From: a virus
DNA: 64,000 nucleotides
Virus record (IMG/VR): IMGVR_UViG_3300005289_000004
Location: 11,641-75,640 of that record
Reading direction: 5' to 3' (one strand)
Shown here: in pieces, positions 10,198 through 19,439 of the stretch
How the letters are laid out: each line of letters begins with the position of its first letter
How positions within the stretch are numbered: the first letter of the stretch is position 1
The notes under the pieces: model-generated
Seen by the model: the letters and a program-made list of their open reading frames with translations, nothing else
Told to the model about the DNA's origin: nothing
Databases searched by the model: none
Program-made: the position numbers and the translations under genes

Positions 10198-11549
10198 TAG
10201 GGATCTACTCTATTAAATACAAAACTATAATATGAACCTACGTGATAAAGTGGGTCATTGGTTGAAGCGTTTATAGTTATAGTGTGATCTCCAATTGTTA
10301 ATGGGTAACCGCTTGGATATAAGTTTGTTGACACCACAGGCCCCATCTCACAACCAAGACTTCCACCAGGACTCGTTGCTGAACCTATTTCCACCCCATC
10401 TATAAATATAGTCATTTGTTCAAAAGTACTAGCTTGTTTCTCGGCTAAACCTTCCCAAATAGCCTGTATCGCTTGCGCAGTCGTTACGTTAATACTTACT
10501 GTTGCTGTTGCACTTTGAGTTTTATCATTTGTTCCTCCCGGACAATTGGCACTATCCTCCCAATTCACCCTTAGTCCATAACCACCTGCTGAAACGCTCC
10601 AAAATGCAGGGGTAGGTATTGAAGGGAAAGATGTTTGATCATACGTTCTTGTAGCAAGTATACTTCCTGCACCTGTGTCAGTGAAACTCCACGGGGTATT
10701 AAAAGTGAATGACGGTAACGGTTCTTCTTCTGTACAGTTTCTATGTTCTTCTGAATCTGCGTAAGCCTGTCCGTTATCTTCTATATCCTGTAGTGCGTCT
10801 GCGTTAGCTTCTTCTTTAGTCGCTGCTGTATAAGTATCTGCTGGCACAGTGTACGTTACAGTTCCCCCTACAAATCCTTCTGGACAGTTACTAACGAAAT
10901 CTTGACTTTGTAAATCATTACCTATTACTGGCGCAGCACCATGTTCTAATCGTATTATATCACCATCAAGAACATTTTCCGCTAAAGCTGTGTCTTTATT
11001 TAAAGCGAACTGAGCATTCGTTATATACGCTGGGAAAGAAGTGCTACTAGACCCTAAAAGCGTACCGTTGCGGTATATTCTTGACTGTTTACTAGCAGCC
11101 GAAGTGATACTATTTGCGGTCAAATACGATTCTATCCTTGATATATAGCTATCAGCAGGTATTGTTATGGATGTTGAATAAACTCCTCCTCCTCTAGTAA
11201 CAGTTGATGGAAACCATAAACCACCTAACACATCCGAAACCTGTAAGATGCGTACACTCATTCCTCTGCTATCCATAGCTTGATACCTTGCGTCTATAAA
11301 ATCGGGGTAAATCACGACTTCAAATATAAAGGTTACTGTATCTGTTGGAGTGGCGGGTTTAGTGGTTATATTAAAATCAGTGCTATACCCTCCTACTGTT
11401 AAGGTAGCAGTAGTGGTTGTGCTGTTGACGGCTGAACTATCTCTTCTTACCTTTACAACGTCTCCGTTTACCACAGTTCCTGCAACTGATGTGTACGCAT
11501 CTGTATTCTTTTTATACTCTCCGTTAACTATACTTATTGGTGTTGCCAT
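10197..11549 (-). CDS. Tail accessory/receptor-binding protein (partial Ig repeat, DUF5977-like repeat, beta-rich C-terminus)
   Basis: N-terminus completes an Ig repeat begun in the upstream gene; SQDFVSNCPEGFVGGTVTYTVPADTY..EANADA..GQAYA is a DUF5977-like repeat. Confidence 0.65.
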   Translation of the reverse strand: MATPISIVNGEYKKNTDAYTSVAGTVVNGDVVKVRRDSSAVNSTTTTATLTVGGYSTDFNITTKPATPTDTVTFIFEVVIYPDFIDARYQAMDSRGMSVRILQVSDVLGGLWFPSTVTRGGGVYSTSITIPADSYISRIESYLTANSITSAASKQSRIYRNGTLLGSSSTSFPAYITNAQFALNKDTALAENVLDGDIIRLEHGAAPVIGNDLQSQDFVSNCPEGFVGGTVTYTVPADTYTAATKEEANADALQDIEDNGQAYADSEEHRNCTEEEPLPSFTFNTPWSFTDTGAGSILATRTYDQTSFPSIPTPAFWSVSAGGYGLRVNWEDSANCPGGTNDKTQSATATVSINVTTAQAIQAIWEGLAEKQASTFEQMTIFIDGVEIGSATSPGGSLGCEMGPVVSTNLYPSGYPLTIGDHTITINASTNDPLYHVGSYYSFVFNRVDP

Positions 11550-11587
11550 AAACTTCGTTTTTTTTTACAAGGTGACCATCTTTAAAA

Positions 11588-14500
11588 TTATATTACTAAG
11601 GTAACTGCATTAGATTCATACGTTGTACTTAACTCTGCGTTAGTGACTGCTGTGAATGTAAATGGATTAGGGTCTATACTGTCTTTTGTAGTTATTGTAA
11701 AACTTGTTGTGTAGCTGCTTACTGTTACATCAACCGTCACTGCTGTGCTATAAGCTGTAGAACTGTTTCTTCTTAGTTTTAAAACATCTCCTACGTTTAT
11801 TGTACCTGTTGTAGATACCCAACCGCCTCCGTTTATTTGGTATTGTCCTCCAACTACCGAAATAGATACTGGTACGTTAATTCCGGCTATAGTAGCCCCA
11901 TTCGACGTTTGAAGGGTATTAAGATTAGCATTAGTAACAGGAGTAAATGTAAACGGAGTTGGCGTTGTAACTGGTATTTTAGTTACGGTTGTAAAAGTAC
12001 CTGTTTCTGTTGCGATAGTTAGTGTGGAATATGCCGAATCCCCAGCAGTTGCAGAAGTCAGGTGTCTTACTTTAACCACATCTCCTGCACTTACTAATCC
12101 TGCTGATGAAGTCCAAGCTCCGCCGTTTATCTGGTACTCACCTCCTGCTGAAATACTTATAGGTGCTGGAACATTATTTCCTGCTACTACTATTTCATTT
12201 GATTCCACTAAGACTCCGCCTGTTTGATCGGTTAGGGTTATGAAAGAAAATGGATTTACTTCACCGTCACCCTCCTCTACCTCTATACAAGCAATTTTGG
12301 TAATTAGGGTAGCACCATCCATAAAAGTAATACTTACTGCATCGTCTCCAAAGTAACCTGAATCTGGTGTGTAAAGTATATCTCCTGACTCATTTGTAGC
12401 TGTTCCGTTGTCTGGTTGCACTAAGGTTACGTCTGCTAAAGTTTTAACATAACTGTCTCTGTATTCCCATTGCTGTGAAGTAAAGCTAATTACTTTGATT
12501 TCTCCATCGTTGTTGGTTATAACAAAGTTTAGCTCGTTGTTAAAGTCGTCAAATATCAGTATAATTTCTTTAGGTTCTACACTTTTTATCAGATCATGGA
12601 AATACTTAGACATCTTAGTGTCAATAATGGTTAGCCCATTTCTTCCAAACTTACAAGGATAGCCGTTGTTGTGGTCTACGAAATAAATATCCCCCTTGTT
12701 TGAAACTGTTATTGCACGTTTAGCAAGTCCTGTTCCTATATTTCCTACGCTGTACCTTACATTATTTAACAGTTTATCACTGATAGTTAGCTGATCTTGT
12801 TCGGCTTGTGTAGTTATGATTGCCATGTTAACTGGAATAGAAGCCACTTTAAGCTCCTGTAAAGCTACCAGTATGTTATCACTCATTACCAGTTTAGTAA
12901 TAGCTCCATATATGGAAGTAGTCTCTCCCGGCTCATCTCCGTAGATTCTAGCTCCGTAAAACTTATTGATGGTATTAGTCAAGCTACCGATAGAAGATGG
13001 CTCTGAGTACCTTATACTGGCCTTACGTCTAACCTTTCCTACTTCATCGTTGTAAGTACGACCTCTTCCTGCACTCCAATACCTACTCGCATACTCATCA
13101 GAGAAGTTAAAGTCTTCTACAGGGAAAGCAAACACATCATTTGAACCTTCTACATTTGATCTAAACTTGCGGGGTTTAAGGTAAGCATCAACTGCGTTTA
13201 TAGTCCCTGCTGTTACTGAGTATTCTCCATCTATAATATCAAACTGCTCACCTATTTCATAAAATATTTTAGTCTCTACAGATTCAAAGTTGTTTTTAGG
13301 TGTGTATATCTCGATTAGTATTTCATTCTCTAAATCCGACACATCTATGATGTCTGACTTTTTAATCTTCAACAGATATTTAATAGGGTCTGCTTCTACT
13401 TCGGGAGCTTTAATCTCAAAACCCGCCACAGGTAAATCGATAGCTGGCGTATTAAACCATTTAACTACCTCCCCTGAACTATCAAAACTATTTATTAAAA
13501 TAACCCTGTCTGTTGGTGTGTAATCGTAAGCTACTGCACTATTGGCCAGAAAAGCCATGTTAAGGTAAATAAACTCATCGTCACTTTCATCAACATCATA
13601 CAGAGCTGTAGCATATAACGTGTTTAAGTACTTAGTGTTTTCAGATATACCCCACTGATAACTTACTGCACCTTCTGGCGGCGTTCCTTCTATACTCCAT
13701 CCAATCTGCGGTACTTTACCTTCACTTACTGCATAAGACGGTGTGTTGGCTACGTAGTTGCTTCCTGTAATAATTGGGAAATACCTGCCCTTGTCATCAA
13801 AGTGGAATAGGGTTAGCTGATAACTTGTGTTAGATTTAACTATGTTTTTAGTCAACCCATTTACATCCCCCACATCTCCCCATACTACATCTACACCTTT
13901 ACCTTCAAAATACGGTTTGGTTATGTAGAATACTGATATACTGCCATCTGAGTTATACACCTTTCTTTTATAAGGAATACCTCCACCACTTGTGGGGACA
14001 AATGAATAGTTAGGTAGTGTGTTTAAGAAGTTAGTTGTAAACGAGTCTAAGTCATTATTATCTCCCGAATTTGCTGTATAAGGAAAATCTTCTGGTGTAG
14101 AAGGTCTGCCCCATAACTGATCTGTACGGAGGGTAACTTTGTCCCCTGCTCTTGGGTCTCCCCTAAAAATAACTTCTACTTGCCTACGATGCCCCCAACC
14201 TCTAGGAGCAGTATTAATCATACTAGCAGTAAAGTCTCTAGGGTCGGTTACTGATATGCCTAAATCTAACTGGGTAGTTCCAACTGATACTTGTACATTA
14301 GGGTCTTCTGGTCTGTCATAACCTTCATCTAAATCTGCAATAGCAAGTACATTACCATCAATTACTTCTAAAGTCCCTGCGTTACGTGGTATAGCGTCAT
14401 AAGGTTCATCTGTCTCTAAGGGAGGTATCGGTTCGTAGGCTCCATCGTTGTAGAATATAAAGGTGTATATTCCTGTTGTTGGGTCATATGCCTCTCTGAC

Positions 14501-15364
14501 CTCATCCTCTAAATCTATTTCAGTAGGCAACGTGGTGAGATATTCTTTAGTAACTGTTTTTAAGATAAACCAATCACCTAAATTATACCTGCCAGCTATA
14601 CTTACCTTTTGTACCCTATCTGAGTCAATAAAGGTTTCCAGTTGGATACCGTTTACTTTTCTTGGGTCATCTCCAATTTCATCTGTAGACTCTAATTCAG
14701 GAACTGTTCTTTTAGATATTGTTCCCCAACTCGATCTCATCAAATCGAAGTACTCATTTAAATACCTGAACTGAAATAGCTTTCCTTTAATTAGGTTAGC
14801 TGTTTTTACCTCATCATTTATGTAGGTGGCTTTGATCGGCTTTAAAGGTTGAGCTTTAAGTAAGTTGAAGTCATCTGCTGTAATGGGGTCTGGGTATTCT
14901 CCTGCTTTTAGTCTGGCAATATTGATACAGTAAATCATACCGCTTATACCATCAGTCATAACAATGTACTCTTCCCTGTAAAGTTTAACGTCTAAGAAGA
15001 AGTGGTCAGGTTGTATGTTGAATAGTTGTACTCCACCTGTATCATCCAAATCAGTAAAGATTGTCGAAAGTTGCAGAGTATCATAGTCAAATTCCAACAA
15101 AGTATGTTTTCCTGTTGAACTGTAATCTATCCCGTATGCTTTACGAATATTTTTAAATACTCCTACACCGATATTAGCTGATAGCCCCTCTGGTAGTTCG
15201 TGTGCAATTAGGGTATTGCCCTGAATGTTCACACCAAATCCTTCGTCGCTTCCAGATGTTCCAGTTATCCTGTAGTTATGGCTTTCCTCATACTCTGTAT
15301 TATTTAGGTAGTCTGGTGCATCCTCTGTATTTAAACCTCCGTTGGGTATCTTTATCTCTTGCAT
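11588..15364 (-). CDS. Tail muzzle/nozzle (stabilization) protein N-terminal part, with Ig-like domains
   Basis: 1258 aa after the ring genes; GGLNTED start, IRYS..N..F..YGAITKL..LVALQE..K pattern; C-terminal cadherin-like (QPDNGT..YTPDSGYFGDD) and tandem Ig repeats. Confidence 0.75.
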   Translation of the reverse strand: MQEIKIPNGGLNTEDAPDYLNNTEYEESHNYRITGTSGSDEGFGVNIQGNTLIAHELPEGLSANIGVGVFKNIRKAYGIDYSSTGKHTLLEFDYDTLQLSTIFTDLDDTGGVQLFNIQPDHFFLDVKLYREEYIVMTDGISGMIYCINIARLKAGEYPDPITADDFNLLKAQPLKPIKATYINDEVKTANLIKGKLFQFRYLNEYFDLMRSSWGTISKRTVPELESTDEIGDDPRKVNGIQLETFIDSDRVQKVSIAGRYNLGDWFILKTVTKEYLTTLPTEIDLEDEVREAYDPTTGIYTFIFYNDGAYEPIPPLETDEPYDAIPRNAGTLEVIDGNVLAIADLDEGYDRPEDPNVQVSVGTTQLDLGISVTDPRDFTASMINTAPRGWGHRRQVEVIFRGDPRAGDKVTLRTDQLWGRPSTPEDFPYTANSGDNNDLDSFTTNFLNTLPNYSFVPTSGGGIPYKRKVYNSDGSISVFYITKPYFEGKGVDVVWGDVGDVNGLTKNIVKSNTSYQLTLFHFDDKGRYFPIITGSNYVANTPSYAVSEGKVPQIGWSIEGTPPEGAVSYQWGISENTKYLNTLYATALYDVDESDDEFIYLNMAFLANSAVAYDYTPTDRVILINSFDSSGEVVKWFNTPAIDLPVAGFEIKAPEVEADPIKYLLKIKKSDIIDVSDLENEILIEIYTPKNNFESVETKIFYEIGEQFDIIDGEYSVTAGTINAVDAYLKPRKFRSNVEGSNDVFAFPVEDFNFSDEYASRYWSAGRGRTYNDEVGKVRRKASIRYSEPSSIGSLTNTINKFYGARIYGDEPGETTSIYGAITKLVMSDNILVALQELKVASIPVNMAIITTQAEQDQLTISDKLLNNVRYSVGNIGTGLAKRAITVSNKGDIYFVDHNNGYPCKFGRNGLTIIDTKMSKYFHDLIKSVEPKEIILIFDDFNNELNFVITNNDGEIKVISFTSQQWEYRDSYVKTLADVTLVQPDNGTATNESGDILYTPDSGYFGDDAVSITFMDGATLITKIACIEVEEGDGEVNPFSFITLTDQTGGVLVESNEIVVAGNNVPAPISISAGGEYQINGGAWTSSAGLVSAGDVVKVRHLTSATAGDSAYSTLTIATETGTFTTVTKIPVTTPTPFTFTPVTNANLNTLQTSNGATIAGINVPVSISVVGGQYQINGGGWVSTTGTINVGDVLKLRRNSSTAYSTAVTVDVTVSSYTTSFTITTKDSIDPNPFTFTAVTNAELSTTYESNAVTLVI

Positions 15365-15370
15365 TGTATC

Positions 15371-16075
15371 TTAGCTTTTAAGGGACATTTTAACCGCCTC
15401 ACGGGAGTTTTTATTCATCTGTGACTTAGTGATCTTCTTAATACGTAAACGTGCCTTAGACTTCTCGTTATAGAACTGTCTCTCTTTATCTCGTTTCTCA
15501 TTTATACCCATACGTCTGTCTCCTTTACTCCATTGCCAATCTATCCAAGTAAGTAGTGCTTCTTGTGCCAGTTCGTTTATTTCGTAGTCATCGCAGTTAC
15601 CTGCTCCATTACTGATATATTTTAGCACAAAAGTTCCTGTGTATGTGTTATCAGGACTTAGTATAATCCTTCTCTCTTTTAGGTTGATGTTGTAGTAGCC
15701 TATGTTGTTGTAGCTTCCTATACCATAACTGTAACCTCCGTTTGGATAAATGTCTTTTGTGTTGCTAACCTTATTGCTAGGGTCGCTTGTAATCAATCTG
15801 TCAAGTGAGGTAAAGTTAGTTGATCTGGTGTAGCTTTGTATTCCCCCGTTACCGTTATCTATACCGAAATCTGCAATATTTAAAAAATCCTCTGGTAAGA
15901 AAATGGTCTTGTCGCTGTTAACCTCTAACCGTATTGTTTTAACCTGACCTGTAATATCCCAATTCAACTGTCTCCAACCTCTTACAGCTATCCTTAAAGC
16001 ACGTGCATACTCAGATTTCCCGAGATTTGTTAAATCCAAAAATTGTCCTACTACTTCTGAAACAAGTATGTTCAT
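15371..16075 (-). CDS. Tail ring/tubular protein
   Basis: Position before the muzzle gene; LPEDFL motif and helical ends typical of ring proteins. Confidence 0.6.
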   Translation of the reverse strand: MNILVSEVVGQFLDLTNLGKSEYARALRIAVRGWRQLNWDITGQVKTIRLEVNSDKTIFLPEDFLNIADFGIDNGNGGIQSYTRSTNFTSLDRLITSDPSNKVSNTKDIYPNGGYSYGIGSYNNIGYYNINLKERRIILSPDNTYTGTFVLKYISNGAGNCDDYEINELAQEALLTWIDWQWSKGDRRMGINEKRDKERQFYNEKSKARLRIKKITKSQMNKNSREAVKMSLKS

Positions 16076-16084
16076 AATTTAATT

Positions 16085-16696
16085 TTAAAGGTGTACACCG
16101 TCATTTGCACGGTCTGCTGGTAATAATGGTACAAGTAATCTGTAAGCTGCTTCAAAAGCCATATTTTCTACTTCACTTGGTAAGGTTAGGTCTGCATCGT
16201 CGTCAGCAGGTATACTGTACTTCTCTGTTACTAATACTTGAGCTTCTGTTACTTTCTTACCGATGAAGTACGCTTTGTTATTTTCTTTATAAAAATAGTT
16301 GATACAAGGCAAGCTAGTTTGCAGTTTATTAATGAACACTTCTTCTGTTCTTAACGGTATGTACATTGTAGCTACCCCTGATGCAGGGTTAACTGAGTTT
16401 ATGTCCAAGAACCTGTTACCTGCTATGCTAATTGATTTACCTGTAACCGTTACATACTGTAACCCTTTGGTTGCGTCTGTTGATACTGTAGCTAGATATG
16501 AGTAGGCTATACTATCATCTCCGTACTTGAAGTCTTCTAAATTACGCTGTGCAAAATAGCTGTCTCTCATTGCTTGAGCTATCCCTGCTACTACGTAACC
16601 TTTAAGTTCCCGATATGTAAAACGACTATCGTCGCCTAAATTTCCTCCATCAACTTTACGCCAAACGCGATAAACAATTTCTTTTATTGAGGACAT
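16085..16696 (-). CDS. Tail ring/tubular protein
   Basis: Likely start MSSIKE (16696); position in tail cluster, ~200 aa. Confidence 0.55.
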   Translation of the reverse strand: MSSIKEIVYRVWRKVDGGNLGDDSRFTYRELKGYVVAGIAQAMRDSYFAQRNLEDFKYGDDSIAYSYLATVSTDATKGLQYVTVTGKSISIAGNRFLDINSVNPASGVATMYIPLRTEEVFINKLQTSLPCINYFYKENNKAYFIGKKVTEAQVLVTEKYSIPADDDADLTLPSEVENMAFEAAYRLLVPLLPADRANDGVHL

Positions 16697-17592
16697 AACT
16701 CCTCCTTCCATATAAAACCGTACGAAAACTCTCTTTTGCCTGTTGTTGCCTTGCTTATGAACGAGGGGTCGAAGTTTAGTACCCTTCCTATTTCTGCTTT
16801 ATTTTTAAAACTACCTATTAAATTCATATCTTTATCATACTGATTAATTCTAATTTTAGCTAGCACAGGGCGTTCAAAACTTTCCCCCTTAAAACGCCAA
16901 ACATACCCTGAACAACCTTTAAATTTTCTTGCTGCACTTAAAATTTTCCAACTTCCCACACCTACACTTTGTGCTGCCTTCTCCGCACTTCTAAAACTTT
17001 GTACATAAACACCTTCTTGGGTGTATTGGTCAACAGCTTTATACCTGTATAGGTTTCCCTCCACAACTTTATCTATATACTCTTGAGATAATATTCTGCC
17101 TTTACGTTTTTCAGAAGCACGTTTATGAACTTCTGGGTCTCTTTTCTTCATAGCATCAGATATTTTAGCTTTAGTCTCAGGGGAAGCCTTTCTACCAATA
17201 GCTTTTTGTCTTAATTTTTCTTTTGTTTCTTCTGAGTGCTGTTTATTATTACCTGCTGGTTTTATATTGTATCCTATTTTTTTATCTAGTGACTTGTACT
17301 TTTCTACACAAGCTATTTCAATGGCATCTAGTAGCCCTATGTTAAATGTGCTATCTTTATGAGGTTTAAAGTACATCAACGCTTCTACTTTAAAATTATC
17401 AAACCCATATTTTCTAATAGCGTTACTAATGCTCATAGTAGGATTATTCTTAGAAGCAGTTTTATGAGTGTTTAATCGTTTTCTTAAATTTAAAGATTGT
17501 CCTATATATATCTTACCATTAGGTGCAGTTAGCTTATATACTCCGCAAACTCCAAAAGGTATATGACTTAATCTCTTATCAATCGGACTCAT
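16684..17592 (-). CDS. Free-standing GIY-YIG homing endonuclease with NUMOD3/NUMOD1 repeats
   Basis: GVYKL..GKIYIGQS..R; HSEETKEKLR (NUMOD3); VDQYTQEG..F.SA (NUMOD1); likely start MSPIDK just after the upstream stop. Confidence 0.9.
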   Translation of the reverse strand: MSPIDKRLSHIPFGVCGVYKLTAPNGKIYIGQSLNLRKRLNTHKTASKNNPTMSISNAIRKYGFDNFKVEALMYFKPHKDSTFNIGLLDAIEIACVEKYKSLDKKIGYNIKPAGNNKQHSEETKEKLRQKAIGRKASPETKAKISDAMKKRDPEVHKRASEKRKGRILSQEYIDKVVEGNLYRYKAVDQYTQEGVYVQSFRSAEKAAQSVGVGSWKILSAARKFKGCSGYVWRFKGESFERPVLAKIRINQYDKDMNLIGSFKNKAEIGRVLNFDPSFISKATTGKREFSYGFIWKEELCPQ

Positions 17593-17593
17593 A

Positions 17594-18241
17594 TTACTCT
17601 TGATTAATTTTATTATTAGCTGTCTGTAATTGTAAAACATCCCTCATCGACAACGAAGCCTTCTCTAAAATACGCGATGTCAACTCACTTTCTTCTGATT
17701 TATCCCATTGGTAGTAAGTAGAACCTGCATCATTATATACTGGTCTTCCTGATACTTCTGTGTAAGCGTATACCATAGGAGTAGGTCTTTCGTAGTATTC
17801 GACTGTTACTGCCAGTGAATCTTCTCCTAATAGGGTAAGCTCTTCGTAACCTTCTACATAATACTTATCTTCATCGTTAGGGCTTGCTAGTGGGTCTTCA
17901 AAGATTCTTGCTTGTCTGTCGTCATCTAAGGGTTTAACTGGTATTTTACCTGATGTAGTATAAACAGCCGATATGTAGGCACAGTTCTCTGGTTTGGTTA
18001 GCACCTCTCCTGAAAATGACAGATTAACTTTCTTTTTAAAGGGTAGCAGTCTTGTATCAACTAACCTGTTCTTACCAACTACAATTCTCGGATTAGTCTT
18101 TCTTCCTAAGAAGTCGTCAAACATCTCATTGGAAGCAATATTACCGTACCGTTCGTATTCTTTAGGGGCTACGTAAGCACCGCTATTTTTACTGAGCAGG
18201 TCTTTTAAGTATAAGTAGTTATCACCGGGTGAAATAGGCAT
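17594..18241 (-). CDS. Tail ring/tubular (head-tail adaptor) protein
   Basis: 215 aa, first gene after a late promoter; Y..RP motif typical of ring proteins. Confidence 0.55.
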   Translation of the reverse strand: MPISPGDNYLYLKDLLSKNSGAYVAPKEYERYGNIASNEMFDDFLGRKTNPRIVVGKNRLVDTRLLPFKKKVNLSFSGEVLTKPENCAYISAVYTTSGKIPVKPLDDDRQARIFEDPLASPNDEDKYYVEGYEELTLLGEDSLAVTVEYYERPTPMVYAYTEVSGRPVYNDAGSTYYQWDKSEESELTSRILEKASLSMRDVLQLQTANNKINQE

Positions 18242-18312
18242 GATCTGTTATTTTGTACAGTGGCAAATTTACGCCTTATCTACTAGGTATTTTACTGTAG
18301 CTTGTTAAACAT

Positions 18313-18339
18313 AAAAAGCCGAAGGGGTTAGCTCCGGCT
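18313..18339 (-). terminator. Rho-independent terminator
   Basis: AGCCG...CGGCT stem followed by a T-run on the minus strand. Confidence 0.6.
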
Positions 18340-18403
18340 AGTTGGACAAAGAGAGAAAAGAAGGTCGTTCAAGTTTTCTTAAAGGGTGTCCCCCAGAAAA
18401 TAG

Positions 18404-19336
18404 TTATTTTAGTTCACCCTCTAGCAGAGAGTAAAACTCTTTTGCTTCCTTGTCACCACCTAACACCCAACGTGCTAAGGCTTCGTCGTAGGAATGACGA
18501 GATTGGTCAAAATCTTTAATTACTGTACCTGACTTCACATACTTGATCTGATTACCGTCTACTGCTAAGAACTGATCTTCATGTGCTTTTTGGATAGCAG
18601 CTTTGATTTTGTGCTTAGGATTGGTAAAGTCAGTTACAAATAATGCGGGGTTGGCTTGTGCTTTCTTGTAAGCTATCTTAATGATCTCCTCATCTCTTTC
18701 AGAAGTTTCACCGAAGCGACTTCTCATAAAGTTACGGATGTCTCCAATCTTAGCTTCTTCGATAATTGCACCTGCTTTAACTACCTGTTTGTAGTATTCA
18801 ATTTCTGCATTGTCAGCAGCAGTTGTGTCACGTAGCTTATATAGATTCTTAATAGGGTTGTTTGCAGGAAGAATTTTCTTTTTATCTCCATTAGCATCGT
18901 AAGCAAGCAAGTAACGTATTTTAGCTTTTTCGTGTCCTGAAACAATCAGTTCTTTTGAGTTAAACTTGATCTGTTCCCGCTCTACTTTGGCTGTTGGTTC
19001 TTGCTCATCTACATAAGGAGATTCTTCTGTTTTAACGTACCGTATGTCCCGTATAGATTGGGTAGCTTCACACCACACGCTAGCTGTTGTAGGGATGTTG
19101 TGCCTAGCTTCTTTCCTACGTTGTAAGTCAAAACTGTATTCTTTATTTTGGTCAATTTCAAAATCCATTACAGGGTCTTTAACCTCTGACTGTTCTTTTT
19201 TAGCTTTAGGTTCTTCAACCTCTCCATCAAAATTATCAATCAGTTCTTGGAGCTTTTCTTCGTCCCAACCGTGATATGCTTTCTTCTGGTAAAGTTCTTC
19301 GTATTGTTTTTTTAATTCTTCTTTATCTTGTGCCAT
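18404..19336 (-). CDS. Conserved protein downstream of capsid gene
   Basis: 310 aa, position after MCP as in crAss-like structural modules. Confidence 0.55.
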   Translation of the reverse strand: MAQDKEELKKQYEELYQKKAYHGWDEEKLQELIDNFDGEVEEPKAKKEQSEVKDPVMDFEIDQNKEYSFDLQRRKEARHNIPTTASVWCEATQSIRDIRYVKTEESPYVDEQEPTAKVEREQIKFNSKELIVSGHEKAKIRYLLAYDANGDKKKILPANNPIKNLYKLRDTTAADNAEIEYYKQVVKAGAIIEEAKIGDIRNFMRSRFGETSERDEEIIKIAYKKAQANPALFVTDFTNPKHKIKAAIQKAHEDQFLAVDGNQIKYVKSGTVIKDFDQSRHSYDEALARWVLGGDKEAKEFYSLLEGELK

Positions 19337-19396
19337 AACGCTTTGCTTTTCGTCCTAAGCGGACTTAATTTTATATTTTCTTCTCTTTTTAAATTA

Positions 19397-19429
19397 AATA
19401 GGGGAGAGCGATTAACCCTCCCCTTTATT
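19397..19429 (-). terminator. Terminator after major capsid gene
   Basis: Inverted repeat AGGGGAG/CTCCCCT right after the MCP stop. Confidence 0.65.
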
Positions 19430-19439
19430 GTGTAATTGC

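Noticed and set aside
11549-11590. Simple programmed frameshift or homopolymer error at the A9 run joining the two tail ORFs
   Set aside because: Two in-frame TAA codons precede the A-run, so slippage or an indel there cannot fuse the ORFs
16684-17640. Group I intron carrying the endonuclease
   Set aside because: The ORF abuts complete genes on both sides, leaving no room for an intron core
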